Program-made: the position numbers and the translations under genes
Source of the DNA: Flavipsychrobacter sp.
Lineage (GTDB): Bacteria > Bacteroidota > Bacteroidia > Chitinophagales > Chitinophagaceae
DNA: 64,000 nucleotides
Assembly (NCBI GenBank): GCA_016787265.1
Contig: JAEUVF010000010.1
Coordinates: 223,591 to 287,590 of the forward strand
Direction: 5' to 3'
Shown: piece after piece, positions 47,028-57,700 of the stretch
How positions within the stretch are numbered: the stretch's first letter is position 1
Layout: each line of letters opens with the position of its first letter
The notes under the pieces: model-generated
Told to the model about the DNA's origin: nothing
Seen by the model: the letters and a program-made list of their open reading frames with translations, nothing else
Databases searched by the model: none

Positions 47028-48714
47028 TGAAGATTATTTTACCATCAAACAGCGTTAAAACTACTTTTGTTTTGGCAATATCCATAGCAGGGATAGAAAA
47101 CATATCCTGGTTAAACACGATGATATCTGCAAGGTAACCCGGCTGTAATTTGCCTTTGATCTTTTCCTCGAAAGAGGAGTACGCGCCTCCCTGCGTATAG
47201 GCTTTTAATGCGTCCTGGATGGTGATTCTTTGTTCCGGCACCCATCCGCCAGGTGGCTGTCCCTCCGGCGTTTGCCGGTTCACTGCAATATGCAATCCAC
47301 GAATCGGATCGGGGGTGGTGCAGGCCGGCCAATCACTACTGAAAACCAGATGCACCTTGTTCTTCAACATGGACTGCCACATAAAGGCATGCGGAATTCT
47401 TTTTTCTCCGACAGCTTTGGCCCATACTTCGATATTGCCCGGATCTGCATGAATGGGTTGCATGGAAGCCATCACGCCCAGCTTCGCAAACCGGGGAACA
47501 TCCTGCGGGTTGCATTGTTCGATGTGTTCAATGCGATGGCGTCTGGCTTTGGTGCCATTTGTTTGCTGTGCTTTTTCGTAGGCATTCAATGCTTCTCTTA
47601 CGGTGCGATCTCCAATGGCATGGGTATAAATCTGGAATCCTTCTTTATCAAACCTGTTTAAAAGCGATTGATATTTTTCCAGCGGCAAAGCAAAATCACT
47701 ATTGGCATGCGTGCCATCGGGTAGGGCATCACTATAAGGTTCGAGCATGGGAGAAGTGTGCGATTCAATCACGCCATCCAGCATGAATTTAATACTAACG
47801 GCTTTGAGTAGGGGATGACCTTTGGTGCGGTTTTTTAATTGAATAAATTGCAGGATGTCTTCTTCTTTTGTCTGTTTGCCGGCACTGAAGGAAGTGGAAG
47901 ATCGAAGGGTGAGTTCACCTTGTTTAAGCAGGGTTTCATACAATGCGAACTCGGCAACAGAACCACTGGCATTTTGAATACTGGTAATGCCGAGTCGCGC
48001 TGCGTATTTCATACCTATGCGGAGTGCATCCAGTTTTTCTTCTGTAGTGGGGGGAGGTACTATTTTCTCCACCAGGCTGCCGGCTGCTTCTGTTAAAGCA
48101 CCGGTTGGATTTCCCTCCGGATCTTTAATGATCGAACCAAATCCATCAAATTGAGTAGTGCTGGAAATACCTGCCAGTTCCATTGCTTTGCTGTTCACCC
48201 AGATACTGTGACCATCATAGGCATCTAATACAATCGGGCGGTCGGGACTGATTTTATCCAAAGCGATGAGTGCGTCGCGGTCGGGCATTCCTCCTTCAAA
48301 AAGATTGTATTGCCAGCCCATACCGGTAATCCATTTTTTGTTGGGATGTGCTTTTACAAAAGTTGAAATGGCTTTAAGTGCTTCCTCCAGTGTTTTTGCC
48401 TGGTAAAGATCAACGCCTGTGAGTCCCATGGATCCGGAAAGAAAATGGGTATGGGCATCATTGATCCCTGCCGTAGCAAGCTGGCCTTTGAGGTCAACTA
48501 GTTGAGTGGATTTTTGTGCCAGTTTTTTGATGTCAGTATTTGAACCGATGCGAGTGATAGTGTTACCGGTTATAGCAATTGCTTCGACAAATTCTGCATC
48601 CTTGCCTGTCCAGATTTTTCCATTGTATAAAATGAGTGTGGGAGCTTTGCTCTTTTGCGCAAACAGGAATTGACTGTTAATGAGTAGTGCGGCAATAAAC
48701 AGTAGGAATCGCAT
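47017..48714 (-). CDS. Secreted amidohydrolase-family (Amidohydro_3-like) metal hydrolase
   Basis: Signal peptide and the HxH metal motif GINDAHTHF. Length 565 aa. Confidence 0.75.
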   Translation of the reverse strand: MRFLLFIAALLINSQFLFAQKSKAPTLILYNGKIWTGKDAEFVEAIAITGNTITRIGSNTDIKKLAQKSTQLVDLKGQLATAGINDAHTHFLSGSMGLTGVDLYQAKTLEEALKAISTFVKAHPNKKWITGMGWQYNLFEGGMPDRDALIALDKISPDRPIVLDAYDGHSIWVNSKAMELAGISSTTQFDGFGSIIKDPEGNPTGALTEAAGSLVEKIVPPPTTEEKLDALRIGMKYAARLGITSIQNASGSVAEFALYETLLKQGELTLRSSTSFSAGKQTKEEDILQFIQLKNRTKGHPLLKAVSIKFMLDGVIESHTSPMLEPYSDALPDGTHANSDFALPLEKYQSLLNRFDKEGFQIYTHAIGDRTVREALNAYEKAQQTNGTKARRHRIEHIEQCNPQDVPRFAKLGVMASMQPIHADPGNIEVWAKAVGEKRIPHAFMWQSMLKNKVHLVFSSDWPACTTPDPIRGLHIAVNRQTPEGQPPGGWVPEQRITIQDALKAYTQGGAYSSFEEKIKGKLQPGYLADIIVFNQDMFSIPAMDIAKTKVVLTLFDGKIIFNEN

Positions 48715-48742
48715 AGTATCTAAAAATACTTAACTTTCAGCC

Positions 48743-49447
48743 ATGCGTGTAGTATTCCTGAGTTTACTGATGGTGTTGTCTGTGTTGTCTTTTGCACAGC
48801 AGCCTGGGGCGATGCCAGAAGTGAAGAAATTCTATTTTAAGAGCTTTTTCGACCGGGTAAAATCCCCTCAGAAAGGAGCTGATTTTGTAGAAACGATAAC
48901 GGTTGGAGCAGATAGCATAACGCATGTTGAGATCCGCCATATTAACCTGGACCAGATTGTGCTGGATGCTTTCCTGAAAAAAGAAGAGCCGGTGGGAATG
49001 TGGTACTATCATCTTGCCAATGGCGGTCGCCTGTTAAATTATGATTTTGATTTGGTTTATGGATCCGCTGCACCGGATTCAACGGAAAGAGAGTTATTTA
49101 TGCCAAATCTTGCTGAAATATCCAATTTCCTGGTTGATGTACCAGAGAAAAAATATGTAGCGCCTGTACTTGCAACCGGCGATGGTGATCTGTCGGAATT
49201 CATGCAGAACAACCTGGTCTTTCCCTACTATTCAATGGTGAATAAACAATATGGGCGTGTATTAATTGGCTTGCAGATTGATGAAGAAGGAGGTGTTTCC
49301 AATATAACTGTCGAAAATGGAGTGAATGTTTTGCTGGATAAGGAGGCCATGCGGATCATGAAAAAAATCCGGTTTAAATCAGGCGCTACACTGGATGGTC
49401 AACCTAAACGAATTTATTACCGCCTCTACATTTCTTTTTTCCAATAA
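48743..49447 (+). CDS. TonB C-terminal-domain protein
   Basis: Signal/anchor sequence. The C-terminal GRVLIGLQIDEEGGVSNITVENG...AMRIMKK fits the TonB_C fold pattern. Confidence 0.6.
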   Translation: MRVVFLSLLMVLSVLSFAQQPGAMPEVKKFYFKSFFDRVKSPQKGADFVETITVGADSITHVEIRHINLDQIVLDAFLKKEEPVGMWYYHLANGGRLLNYDFDLVYGSAAPDSTERELFMPNLAEISNFLVDVPEKKYVAPVLATGDGDLSEFMQNNLVFPYYSMVNKQYGRVLIGLQIDEEGGVSNITVENGVNVLLDKEAMRIMKKIRFKSGATLDGQPKRIYYRLYISFFQ

Positions 49448-49457
49448 GTTGAGCCCG

Positions 49458-50114
49458 ATGAATACTGAACTGCTAATAAATCATACGGTTGATTTTGTAA
49501 AAGAACAATTGGCCAATGCAGAGGGCGGCCACGACTGGTGGCATATTCATCGCGTATGGAAAACTGCCCGGACAATTGCCGAAAAAGAAACCGGCGCCAA
49601 TCTGCTGCTGGTAGAACTTTCAGCGCTGCTGCACGATGTTGCGGATTCCAAATTTCATGGAGGGGATGATACTGTGGGCCCCAGGATCGCAGGAGAATTC
49701 CTGGCATCCCAGGGTGTTGATCCCGCAATCATCCAGGAAGTACAATTGATCATTTCGCATATCTCTTTTAAAGGTGGTCATAATATGGGCAATTATCAAT
49801 CACTCGAATTATCGATTGTGCAGGACGCGGATCGCCTGGATGCAATAGGGGCTATCGGTATTGCCCGTGCTTTCAATTATGGCGGATTCAAAAACCGGCC
49901 CCTATATGATCCGGCTCAACCACCGAATCTGCAGAAGACCGTGGAGCAGTACAAATTCAATAATGATCCTACCATCAATCATTTTTACGAAAAGTTATTT
50001 CTGCTGAAAGACCGGCTGAATACAGCTACAGGTAAGGCAATGGCGGAACAGCGACATGCTTTTATGGAAACCTATGTGGAGCAGTTCTATGCCGAGTGGG
50101 ATGGACATCGCTGA
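49458..50114 (+). CDS. HD-domain phosphohydrolase
   Basis: H...HD motif (WWHIHRV, LLHDVADSKF). I chose the ATG at 49458. Confidence 0.75.
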   Translation: MNTELLINHTVDFVKEQLANAEGGHDWWHIHRVWKTARTIAEKETGANLLLVELSALLHDVADSKFHGGDDTVGPRIAGEFLASQGVDPAIIQEVQLIISHISFKGGHNMGNYQSLELSIVQDADRLDAIGAIGIARAFNYGGFKNRPLYDPAQPPNLQKTVEQYKFNNDPTINHFYEKLFLLKDRLNTATGKAMAEQRHAFMETYVEQFYAEWDGHR

Positions 50115-50191
50115 TTTTATGCAAACGTTTCCATCGGCGGCTTTCATGGTTATTCGGTATTTTCAGGACTTCATAAAAATGCTTGTTTACC

Positions 50192-52063
50192 ATGAAGTCA
50201 GTAATTCGTATTGTTTGTTTGATGCTTTTTCTTGTTGCCGGCCAGTTTGTGCAGGCGCAACCTTCCATCCTCCCAAAGCCTGAAAAAATAGTGATGGGCA
50301 GCTCAGGAGATCCCTTTCTGATCTCTCCACAAACAGCTGTTGTAGTGGCGGATAAAAGTCTGCAATCCAGTGCAGATTTTCTGAACAGCTACCTGCTGAA
50401 CCGGTATGGTTTGAAACAGACTAAAATTAAAAAGGGAAAACAGCTCAATACCATTCAACTGCGACTGGGTAATACTGCTTCATCGGTTTCCGGTGCCTAT
50501 CAGCTGGCTGTATCCAATAAAGAAATAACCATCACCGGAACAGATGCACCCGGTGTGTTTTATGGTATTCAGACCCTGATCCAGTTGTTGCCAACCGATA
50601 CGGCTGCCTTGTTAACCATCGCGCCGGTTCAGGTGCAGGATGCGCCCCGCTTTCAGTACCGGGGTATGATGCTGGATGTGAGTCGCCATTTCTTCCCTGC
50701 TGATTTCATCAAGAAATACATTGACTTACTGGCACTTCATAAAATGAATCGCCTGCACTGGCATCTGACTGATGACCATGGCTGGAGAATTGAAATCAAG
50801 AAGTATCCTCAGCTAACGGCGGTAGGTGCCTGGAGGAATGGAACGGTTATTGGCAATTATCCGGGACAGGGAAATACCAATCAACGATATGGTGGCTTTT
50901 ATACACAGGCGGAAGTGAAGGATATCATTCAGTATGCAGAGAAGCGACATATCACGATTGTACCGGAGATTGAAATGCCGGGACATGCATCTGCAGCGAT
51001 TGCTGCATTTCCCTTCCTGAGTTGTTTCCCGGATCAACCAACTTTCATTAATAAATATCCATCCGAGCTGACAAAACAAAAAGGAGGTAAACAGGTGCAG
51101 GAAACCTGGGGAGTGCATACAGATGTCTATTGTGCGGGAAATGATACCGTATTCAACATGATGCAGGATATTCTCACGGAAGTAATTAACCTCTTTCCCT
51201 CTGAATATATCCATATCGGCGGTGATGAATGCCCCAAAGACAACTGGAAAAAATGTCCGCGTTGTCAGCAACGCATCAGAGATCTGAAATTGAAAGACGA
51301 ACATGAACTGCAGTCCTATTTTGTACAGCGTATTGAAAAATTCATCAATTCAAAAGGACGTGTATTGATCGGTTGGGATGAGATCCTGGAAGGCGGGCTC
51401 GCGCCCAATGCGGTAGTGATGAGCTGGCGTGGGGAGGCAGGTGGAATAGAAGCTGCAAAACAGCGCCATGATGTGATCATGACACCCAACAGTTATGTAT
51501 ATTTTGATTATTTCCAGGGTAAACCGGCATTGGAACCTATGGCTATCGGGGGATACCTCACCTTACAGAAAGTGTATTCCTATGAACCTATTCCTGCCGC
51601 TTTAACAGCAGAGGAAGCGAAACATATCAAAGGTGTGCAGGCCAATGTTTGGACAGAGTATATTGCCACTGCAGATAAGGTAGAGTATATGACCCTGCCC
51701 AGGATGGCCGCGATAGCTGATATTGCCTGGACCACCCAGCCGAAGGATTGGAATGATTTTGCGAAGCGAATGGAAGCCCAATATGATCGTTATCGGTTCT
51801 GGAATTACCAGGCAGCACAGAGTGCATACAATGTGAAACAGTCGGTAGTAATTGACAGCGACCAGGGAAAAGCAACTGTCAGCTTTAGTACGGATAGTTT
51901 CCAGCCGGAGATTCATTTCACGCTGGATGGATCTGAACCCACTACCAAATCTACCCTCTATAAAAAGCCTTTTGATGTACGCCGTACGGTAACAGTGAAA
52001 GCCGCGAGTTTTAAAAATGGCAAGCAGGTAGGTAAAACAACCATTCAACAGATTGTGCTCTGA
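50192..52063 (+). CDS. Beta-N-acetylhexosaminidase (GH20)
   Basis: RGMMLDVSRHF, HWHLTDDHGWRIEIKKYP and the catalytic HIGGDECP. Confidence 0.9.
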   Translation: MKSVIRIVCLMLFLVAGQFVQAQPSILPKPEKIVMGSSGDPFLISPQTAVVVADKSLQSSADFLNSYLLNRYGLKQTKIKKGKQLNTIQLRLGNTASSVSGAYQLAVSNKEITITGTDAPGVFYGIQTLIQLLPTDTAALLTIAPVQVQDAPRFQYRGMMLDVSRHFFPADFIKKYIDLLALHKMNRLHWHLTDDHGWRIEIKKYPQLTAVGAWRNGTVIGNYPGQGNTNQRYGGFYTQAEVKDIIQYAEKRHITIVPEIEMPGHASAAIAAFPFLSCFPDQPTFINKYPSELTKQKGGKQVQETWGVHTDVYCAGNDTVFNMMQDILTEVINLFPSEYIHIGGDECPKDNWKKCPRCQQRIRDLKLKDEHELQSYFVQRIEKFINSKGRVLIGWDEILEGGLAPNAVVMSWRGEAGGIEAAKQRHDVIMTPNSYVYFDYFQGKPALEPMAIGGYLTLQKVYSYEPIPAALTAEEAKHIKGVQANVWTEYIATADKVEYMTLPRMAAIADIAWTTQPKDWNDFAKRMEAQYDRYRFWNYQAAQSAYNVKQSVVIDSDQGKATVSFSTDSFQPEIHFTLDGSEPTTKSTLYKKPFDVRRTVTVKAASFKNGKQVGKTTIQQIVL

Positions 52064-53589
52064 TGAAGTTGTTATTCGTATGTACAATTCCGTTAGTTGC
52101 GCTGATATTTGGCAGTAGTGACATACTGGCCCAACAGAAAAAAGCAAAGCCGAATGTTATCCTTATTTATACGGATGATCTGGGTTATGGAGATTTAAGT
52201 TGTTATGGAGCAACAAAACTTCAGACGCCCAATATTGATCGACTGGCAGGCCGGGGATTACGCTTTACCAGGGCATATACAACATCAGCTACCTGTACGC
52301 CATCCAGATATGCCTTGATGACGGGGCAATATCCGTGGAGAAAATCAGGTACAGGAGTATTACCCGGGGATGCTGCACTCATCGTACCGACTGATAAAAC
52401 CAGTTTGCCAAAAGTATTCAGGCAAGCGGGGTACAGAACCGGGATGGTGGGGAAATGGCATCTGGGATTGGGAACCGCAGTAGCAAAGAACTGGAATGGA
52501 GAAATCAAACCCGGACCAAATGAAGTCGGTTTTGATTATTCTTTTATTTTTCCGGCAACTGCAGACAGAGTGCCTACCGTGTTTGTTGAAAACCATCAGG
52601 TGGTGGCGCTGGACCCTGCAGATCCTATTGAAGTGAATTATAAAGAAAAGATCGGAGATGAGCCTACCGGTAAGGAACATCCGCAGTTATTAAAGATGAA
52701 AGCTTCTCCGAATCACGGGCATGATCAAACGATTGTGAACGGGATTGGAAGAATTGGGTATATGAAAGGAGGGAAGACAGCCAGGTGGACAGACGAGGAA
52801 ATGCCCCTGACTTTTCTATCGAAAGCGGAGGAGTTTATAAGTGCAGCCACAAGTGAGCCCTTCTTTCTGTTTTATTCCTTAACGGAGCCTCATGTACCGC
52901 GGATGCCATCTACCATGTTTAAAGGCAAAAGTGGATTAGGCTTCAGGGGAGACGCGATTCTTCAAATAGACTGGGCAGTAGGAGAAATCCTGAAAGCATT
53001 GGAAAATTCAGGAAAGGCGGCTAATACGCTGATCATTTTTTCCAGTGACAATGGCCCGGTTCTGGATGATGGATATGAGGATGGCGCAGTAACTCAATTG
53101 AATGGGCACCGTCCGGCAGGTGTACTCAGAGGCGGAAAATATAGCATATTGGAAGCGGGAACAAGGGTTCCCTTCATTGTATATCATCCAAAACTGGTGA
53201 AGCCGGGAATCAGCGATGCCCTGGTGAGCCAGGTAGATCTGTTGTCCTCTTTTGCGAATTTCCTGGGGGTACCATTGCCTCCAGGGGATGCGCAGGATTC
53301 TCAAAATCAGTGGGCGGTTTTGAATGGACGGTCTGCAAAAGGAAGAGTATCACTGGTATTGCAGGGAGCTAGTTATGCATTGGTACAGGATAACTGGAAA
53401 TATATTGCGCCATCCAAAGGGCCGGCTGTTTACCAGTTAACCAATATTGAATCGGGACATTCGGAACAACCGCAGTTGTATGATTTATCTGTTGACCCGG
53501 GGGAGCGGGTTAATCTTGCTGAGCGATATCCCGACAAAGTGAAGGAGCTGGCGGCAGCATTGAAAGCAGTAACTGCAGGGCTTCAATAA
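52063..53589 (+). CDS. Formylglycine-dependent sulfatase
   Basis: TDDLGYGDL and SATCTPSRYALMTG (CxPxR). The start overlaps the GH20 stop (TGATG). Confidence 0.9.
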   Translation: MKLLFVCTIPLVALIFGSSDILAQQKKAKPNVILIYTDDLGYGDLSCYGATKLQTPNIDRLAGRGLRFTRAYTTSATCTPSRYALMTGQYPWRKSGTGVLPGDAALIVPTDKTSLPKVFRQAGYRTGMVGKWHLGLGTAVAKNWNGEIKPGPNEVGFDYSFIFPATADRVPTVFVENHQVVALDPADPIEVNYKEKIGDEPTGKEHPQLLKMKASPNHGHDQTIVNGIGRIGYMKGGKTARWTDEEMPLTFLSKAEEFISAATSEPFFLFYSLTEPHVPRMPSTMFKGKSGLGFRGDAILQIDWAVGEILKALENSGKAANTLIIFSSDNGPVLDDGYEDGAVTQLNGHRPAGVLRGGKYSILEAGTRVPFIVYHPKLVKPGISDALVSQVDLLSSFANFLGVPLPPGDAQDSQNQWAVLNGRSAKGRVSLVLQGASYALVQDNWKYIAPSKGPAVYQLTNIESGHSEQPQLYDLSVDPGERVNLAERYPDKVKELAAALKAVTAGLQ

Positions 53590-53660
53590 AAAATACCTGT
53601 TCATTTTTCGGTGGTGTGGATGCATTCGTTGGTGTTCTTTTGTATGCTTAAATTTAATGC

Positions 53661-54722
53661 ATGGCCCACGCACTCACCGATGATCGTAGGTACCAGGCCC
53701 TGGTAGAGAAGGACCCGGAGTTTGAAGGAATTTTTATCACTGGCGTGAAAACGACCGGTATATTTTGTCGCCCTACCTGTACGGCGCGCAAACCCAAGCG
53801 CGAGAATGTGGAGTTTTTTCCAGGTGTACGGGATGCCATTGCTGCGGGGTATCGGCCATGTAAAGTTTGCCGGCCCATGGAGCAACCGGCAGCAACACCG
53901 GAGGCTATCCGGGCTCTGATCAGGGAATTGGAAAATGATCCATCCATCCGGTTAAAAGATTCTGATTTGAGGCAGAAAGGCTTTGAACCTGCAACGCTTC
54001 GTAGATGGTTTCTCAAACACCATGGTATGAGTTTTCATGCTTTCCAGCGGATGCTTCGAATCAACAGTGCATTCAAAAAAATTCAACAGGGAGAATCGGT
54101 AACAGGTGCTGCCTTCGACGCGGGGTATGAATCCAACAGTGGCTTTGTAGAAGGATTTCGTTCGATCTTTGGGGTAACACCTTCCAAATCAAAAAATGCC
54201 GGTATGATAGACTGCAAGCGAATTGAAACACCTTTAGGTACCATGCTGGCCTGTGCTACCAGCAAAGGGATTTGTCTGTTGGAGTTTTCAGATCGTCGCA
54301 TGCTGGAGACAGAATTGGTGTATTTATCAAAACGTTTGAACGCGACTATTGTACAGGGACCTAATCCGCATTTTGAATTATTGGAAAAAGAACTTACGGC
54401 CTATTTTGAAGGGAAGTTAAAAACATTTACCACACCTATTGATCTGATTGGAAGTCCGTTTCAATTGGAAGTCTGGAATCAGTTATTGACGATTCCTTAT
54501 GGTAAAACGCGTTCGTATAAAGAGCAGGCGGATGCCCTGGGCAAACCCCTTGCGATACGAGCTGTAGCCAATGCAAATGGACTGAACAAGATAAGTATTA
54601 TCGTGCCCTGTCATCGGGTGATAGGTTCGGATGGAAGCTTAACCGGCTATGGAGGCGGCTTGTGGAGGAAAGAGAAGTTGTTGCAACTGGAAGGGGCGCC
54701 GATCCGTTTATCACTTTTTTGA
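53661..54722 (+). CDS. ada: Ada-type bifunctional regulator / O6-methylguanine-DNA methyltransferase
   Basis: N-terminal Cys4 (CRPTCTARKPK...CKVCRP), a central AraC HTH, and a C-terminal IVPCHRVI. Confidence 0.85.
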   Translation: MAHALTDDRRYQALVEKDPEFEGIFITGVKTTGIFCRPTCTARKPKRENVEFFPGVRDAIAAGYRPCKVCRPMEQPAATPEAIRALIRELENDPSIRLKDSDLRQKGFEPATLRRWFLKHHGMSFHAFQRMLRINSAFKKIQQGESVTGAAFDAGYESNSGFVEGFRSIFGVTPSKSKNAGMIDCKRIETPLGTMLACATSKGICLLEFSDRRMLETELVYLSKRLNATIVQGPNPHFELLEKELTAYFEGKLKTFTTPIDLIGSPFQLEVWNQLLTIPYGKTRSYKEQADALGKPLAIRAVANANGLNKISIIVPCHRVIGSDGSLTGYGGGLWRKEKLLQLEGAPIRLSLF

Positions 54723-54743
54723 AATCAGTTGGGCGAAATAAAA

Positions 54744-54769
54744 GAAGCTGCCTCAATTGAGACAGCTTC
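54744..54769. terminator. Hairpin between convergent ada and adhesin genes
   Basis: GAAGCTGCCTC-AATT-GAGACAGCTTC, an 11-bp stem with one mismatch, followed by GTGTTTAT. Confidence 0.45.
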
Positions 54770-54789
54770 GTGTTTATGATGCCTGCCAC

Positions 54790-57700
54790 TTATTTAATGT
54801 TCAGCTTATCGGCTTCTTTAAAGTACTGGCCGTATACCCCAAGGATATAAGTGCCTGTTGTCAGATGGCCTGTACGCAGGGTAAATGTATTGATACCCTG
54901 ATTCAGTTGCCTGGCTTCCAGGATCAATGTTTGTCCGTTTACTGTGTACAATACAATCGATGCTTTTTGTGCACGGTCTGCATAAATACGAACCTGGAGT
55001 TGACCCGAACCACTGCTCCATGCCTGAACGGAGTTTTGATTAGAAGCGGGCACGATGGTAAGTTGCCCATTTTGATAACTGATGTTATAATTAGGTGATG
55101 CTGCACCAGTAACGTTAACTTCAAAAATACCGATGGGTGAATTAGTAACTGCTGTTGTAGTAGCGGTTGGTGCAGTACTAAGGTCGGCGGGCTGATCACC
55201 ACCTGCAAGTCCGATATACTGGAAGGTAAATGCCGGATTCGGCTGGCCTTGTTTTCTTAATTTTGAATCCACTTTAATGAGCAGGTCTGCTTTGGTGATC
55301 GTCAGACTCGCTTTTTCAAAGCTTTCAATGGTATAATTGGTACCGCCAGAGAGGGATCCAATGGTGATATCATATACACCCGCATTCTTTCCTTCCATTC
55401 TTGAAAGTTTTCCTTCCAGGGTTTCACCCTCCAGTACTCCTTCGGTAGTGAAGCTGAAAGCAGGATCCGGACTGCCATATACTTTCGTTGCTGCTGTAGC
55501 TTTAACAGTAGCTGCTTTTGGTAAGATCGTTCCAACTGAACCATTTACGGATGCAGCTTCCAATGTGTAATTACCTGCATCTTTTCCGGAAAGGGTGATA
55601 CCCTCTACTGTGATCTGTTTGCCGGTACCGGCATTTTTGTTGTCGTAAGAAGCAGACGCTGGTACTTCCAGGCTTACCTCATCTTCTCCGAAAAGCGTTG
55701 GAAGCACGAGGTGTTCTTTACTGATAGCAGCTTTTGTGGTACCATCGTAGATTTTGGAAATTGTATGATCCTGGCTAAACGTCAGCGTCAATACATAAGG
55801 CTCGATTGTTCCAACTGCGGTTGTATGCTGACTTGTTAACTGGTAATTGTCTTTGTCTTTACCATCCAGTTGGAGTGAGTGAATATCAACCGGAATATTG
55901 GTACCAACATTTTTAGATTCAAAATCAGCAGCAGCCAGTACACTCAGTTCATCACCTGCTACCGTACCCGAAATTTCCAGGGAAAGATCGTTCGGGTTCA
56001 TAGTAGTGGTACCATCATAGGTTTTGTACAAACCACGCTGGGTGGTTTGGGTAACGTTTACCATTTTAGGCTGAATCGTTCCTGGTGTGGTTAAGGTACT
56101 GGAGGAAAGTTCATAGTTGTCTTTATCGTTTCCTACAAGTGCCTGAAGACTTAAGGTTACGGTTTTATTGGTGCCTGCATTCTTGTTGTCGAAGGCTGCG
56201 GCAGTTTGTACAAATACTTCGTCTGATCCTACCAGTCCGGTTAATTCAACAGGATTGCTTTCCAGTTCCAGGTTGGAGGAACCATCATAGGTTTTCACCA
56301 GTTGCGCATTGTTTTTGATTTGTGCGATAATGGTTTTCTTGTTGATTTCGCCAGTAGTGGAGATCGAACTTGTAGAAAGTACATAGTTTTCAAGATTATC
56401 TCCAGTGAGTTGGAAATTATCAATTGTAACTGCTTTGTTTATTCCTGCTGTTTCTGATATAAAATGAGCAGCGGCAGTAGCTTCGAGTACATCCCCATTC
56501 ACAGTGTTTTGAATGGTTAATGCATTTTGAGGCAGCGTCAGCAAATGATTTCCATCATAGGTTTTTTCAAGTGCTACAGTAGTGTTGCGTTCAATAGTTA
56601 GTATTCTTTTTTGAATTGTAACCAACTGACCTAGAGCAGGTGCAGGTTTATAATCCTGGTTACCAGCCTGGTTGGCAGTAATAGTTACCTGTCCGGCTTT
56701 TTTCGCATACAGGATACCGTTGCTGATTTCTGCGATGGAAGGATCACTGGAGCTGAACGATACCGACAATCCTGAGCTGCTGCTGGCCAGCAAACTAAAT
56801 TGATCGCCATAGGTCTGCGCAGGAATGGTTTCAAAGCTGATGGATTGAGTCGCTTTCACATTCACAGCAAGGCTTACTTCATTGGAGATGGCGGCAGTAG
56901 CACAAAGACCAGTTGCGATACAACGGTAGTTGGAACCATCCAATTCTCCGGAAGCATGAGTGATTATCAGTCTTGAACTGGTTACGCCACTGTAAACTGC
57001 ATTGTTGGAAAGGTTTACAAATCCATTTCCTGTATTTACCTGCCATTGATAACTGGTTGCATTTGCAGCAGTAATTTCGAAAGAGGTGGATTCACCTTCT
57101 TCTATTGCTTTTGATATTGGTTGTGATGAGATAGCTGTCAGGGCATTTACAGTAACTGCTACCTGGATAGTAGTACCGGTACAAATTCCATTGGATGGAG
57201 TAATTGTATAATTAATTTTTCCATTACCCGTGAGCGTTTGGAAGATTGTTTCACCGGAACCATTGCTATAGCCAGCAACATCACCAGATACAGCGGCAAC
57301 TGTCCAATTGAAGCTGGTACCATTGGAGCCGATAAGTTCAATCGACGTAGAGGAACCCGAACAGATAGTTTCTGTTGTTTTATTAACGGTTGCAGTAACA
57401 GCAGCGGGTTGTGTTAGTGTAAAGTTTCTGTTAGACTGACATCCATTTACATCTGTGATGGTAACGGAGTAAGTGCCGGCTGTTAATCCGGCTGCTGTAG
57501 AGGTAGTTGCTCCATTTGACCATAGATAGGTATAGGGAGCAGTGCCACCGGAAACTGTAACACTGGCGCTTCCATTGCTGGCACCATTACAGGATACATT
57601 GGTTTGAGAAGTGCCAACCTGCATTGCTGCTGGTTGTGTGATCGTAAAATTGCGGGTTGTCTGACAGCCGTATTGGTCAGTGATCGTTACGGTATAGGTA

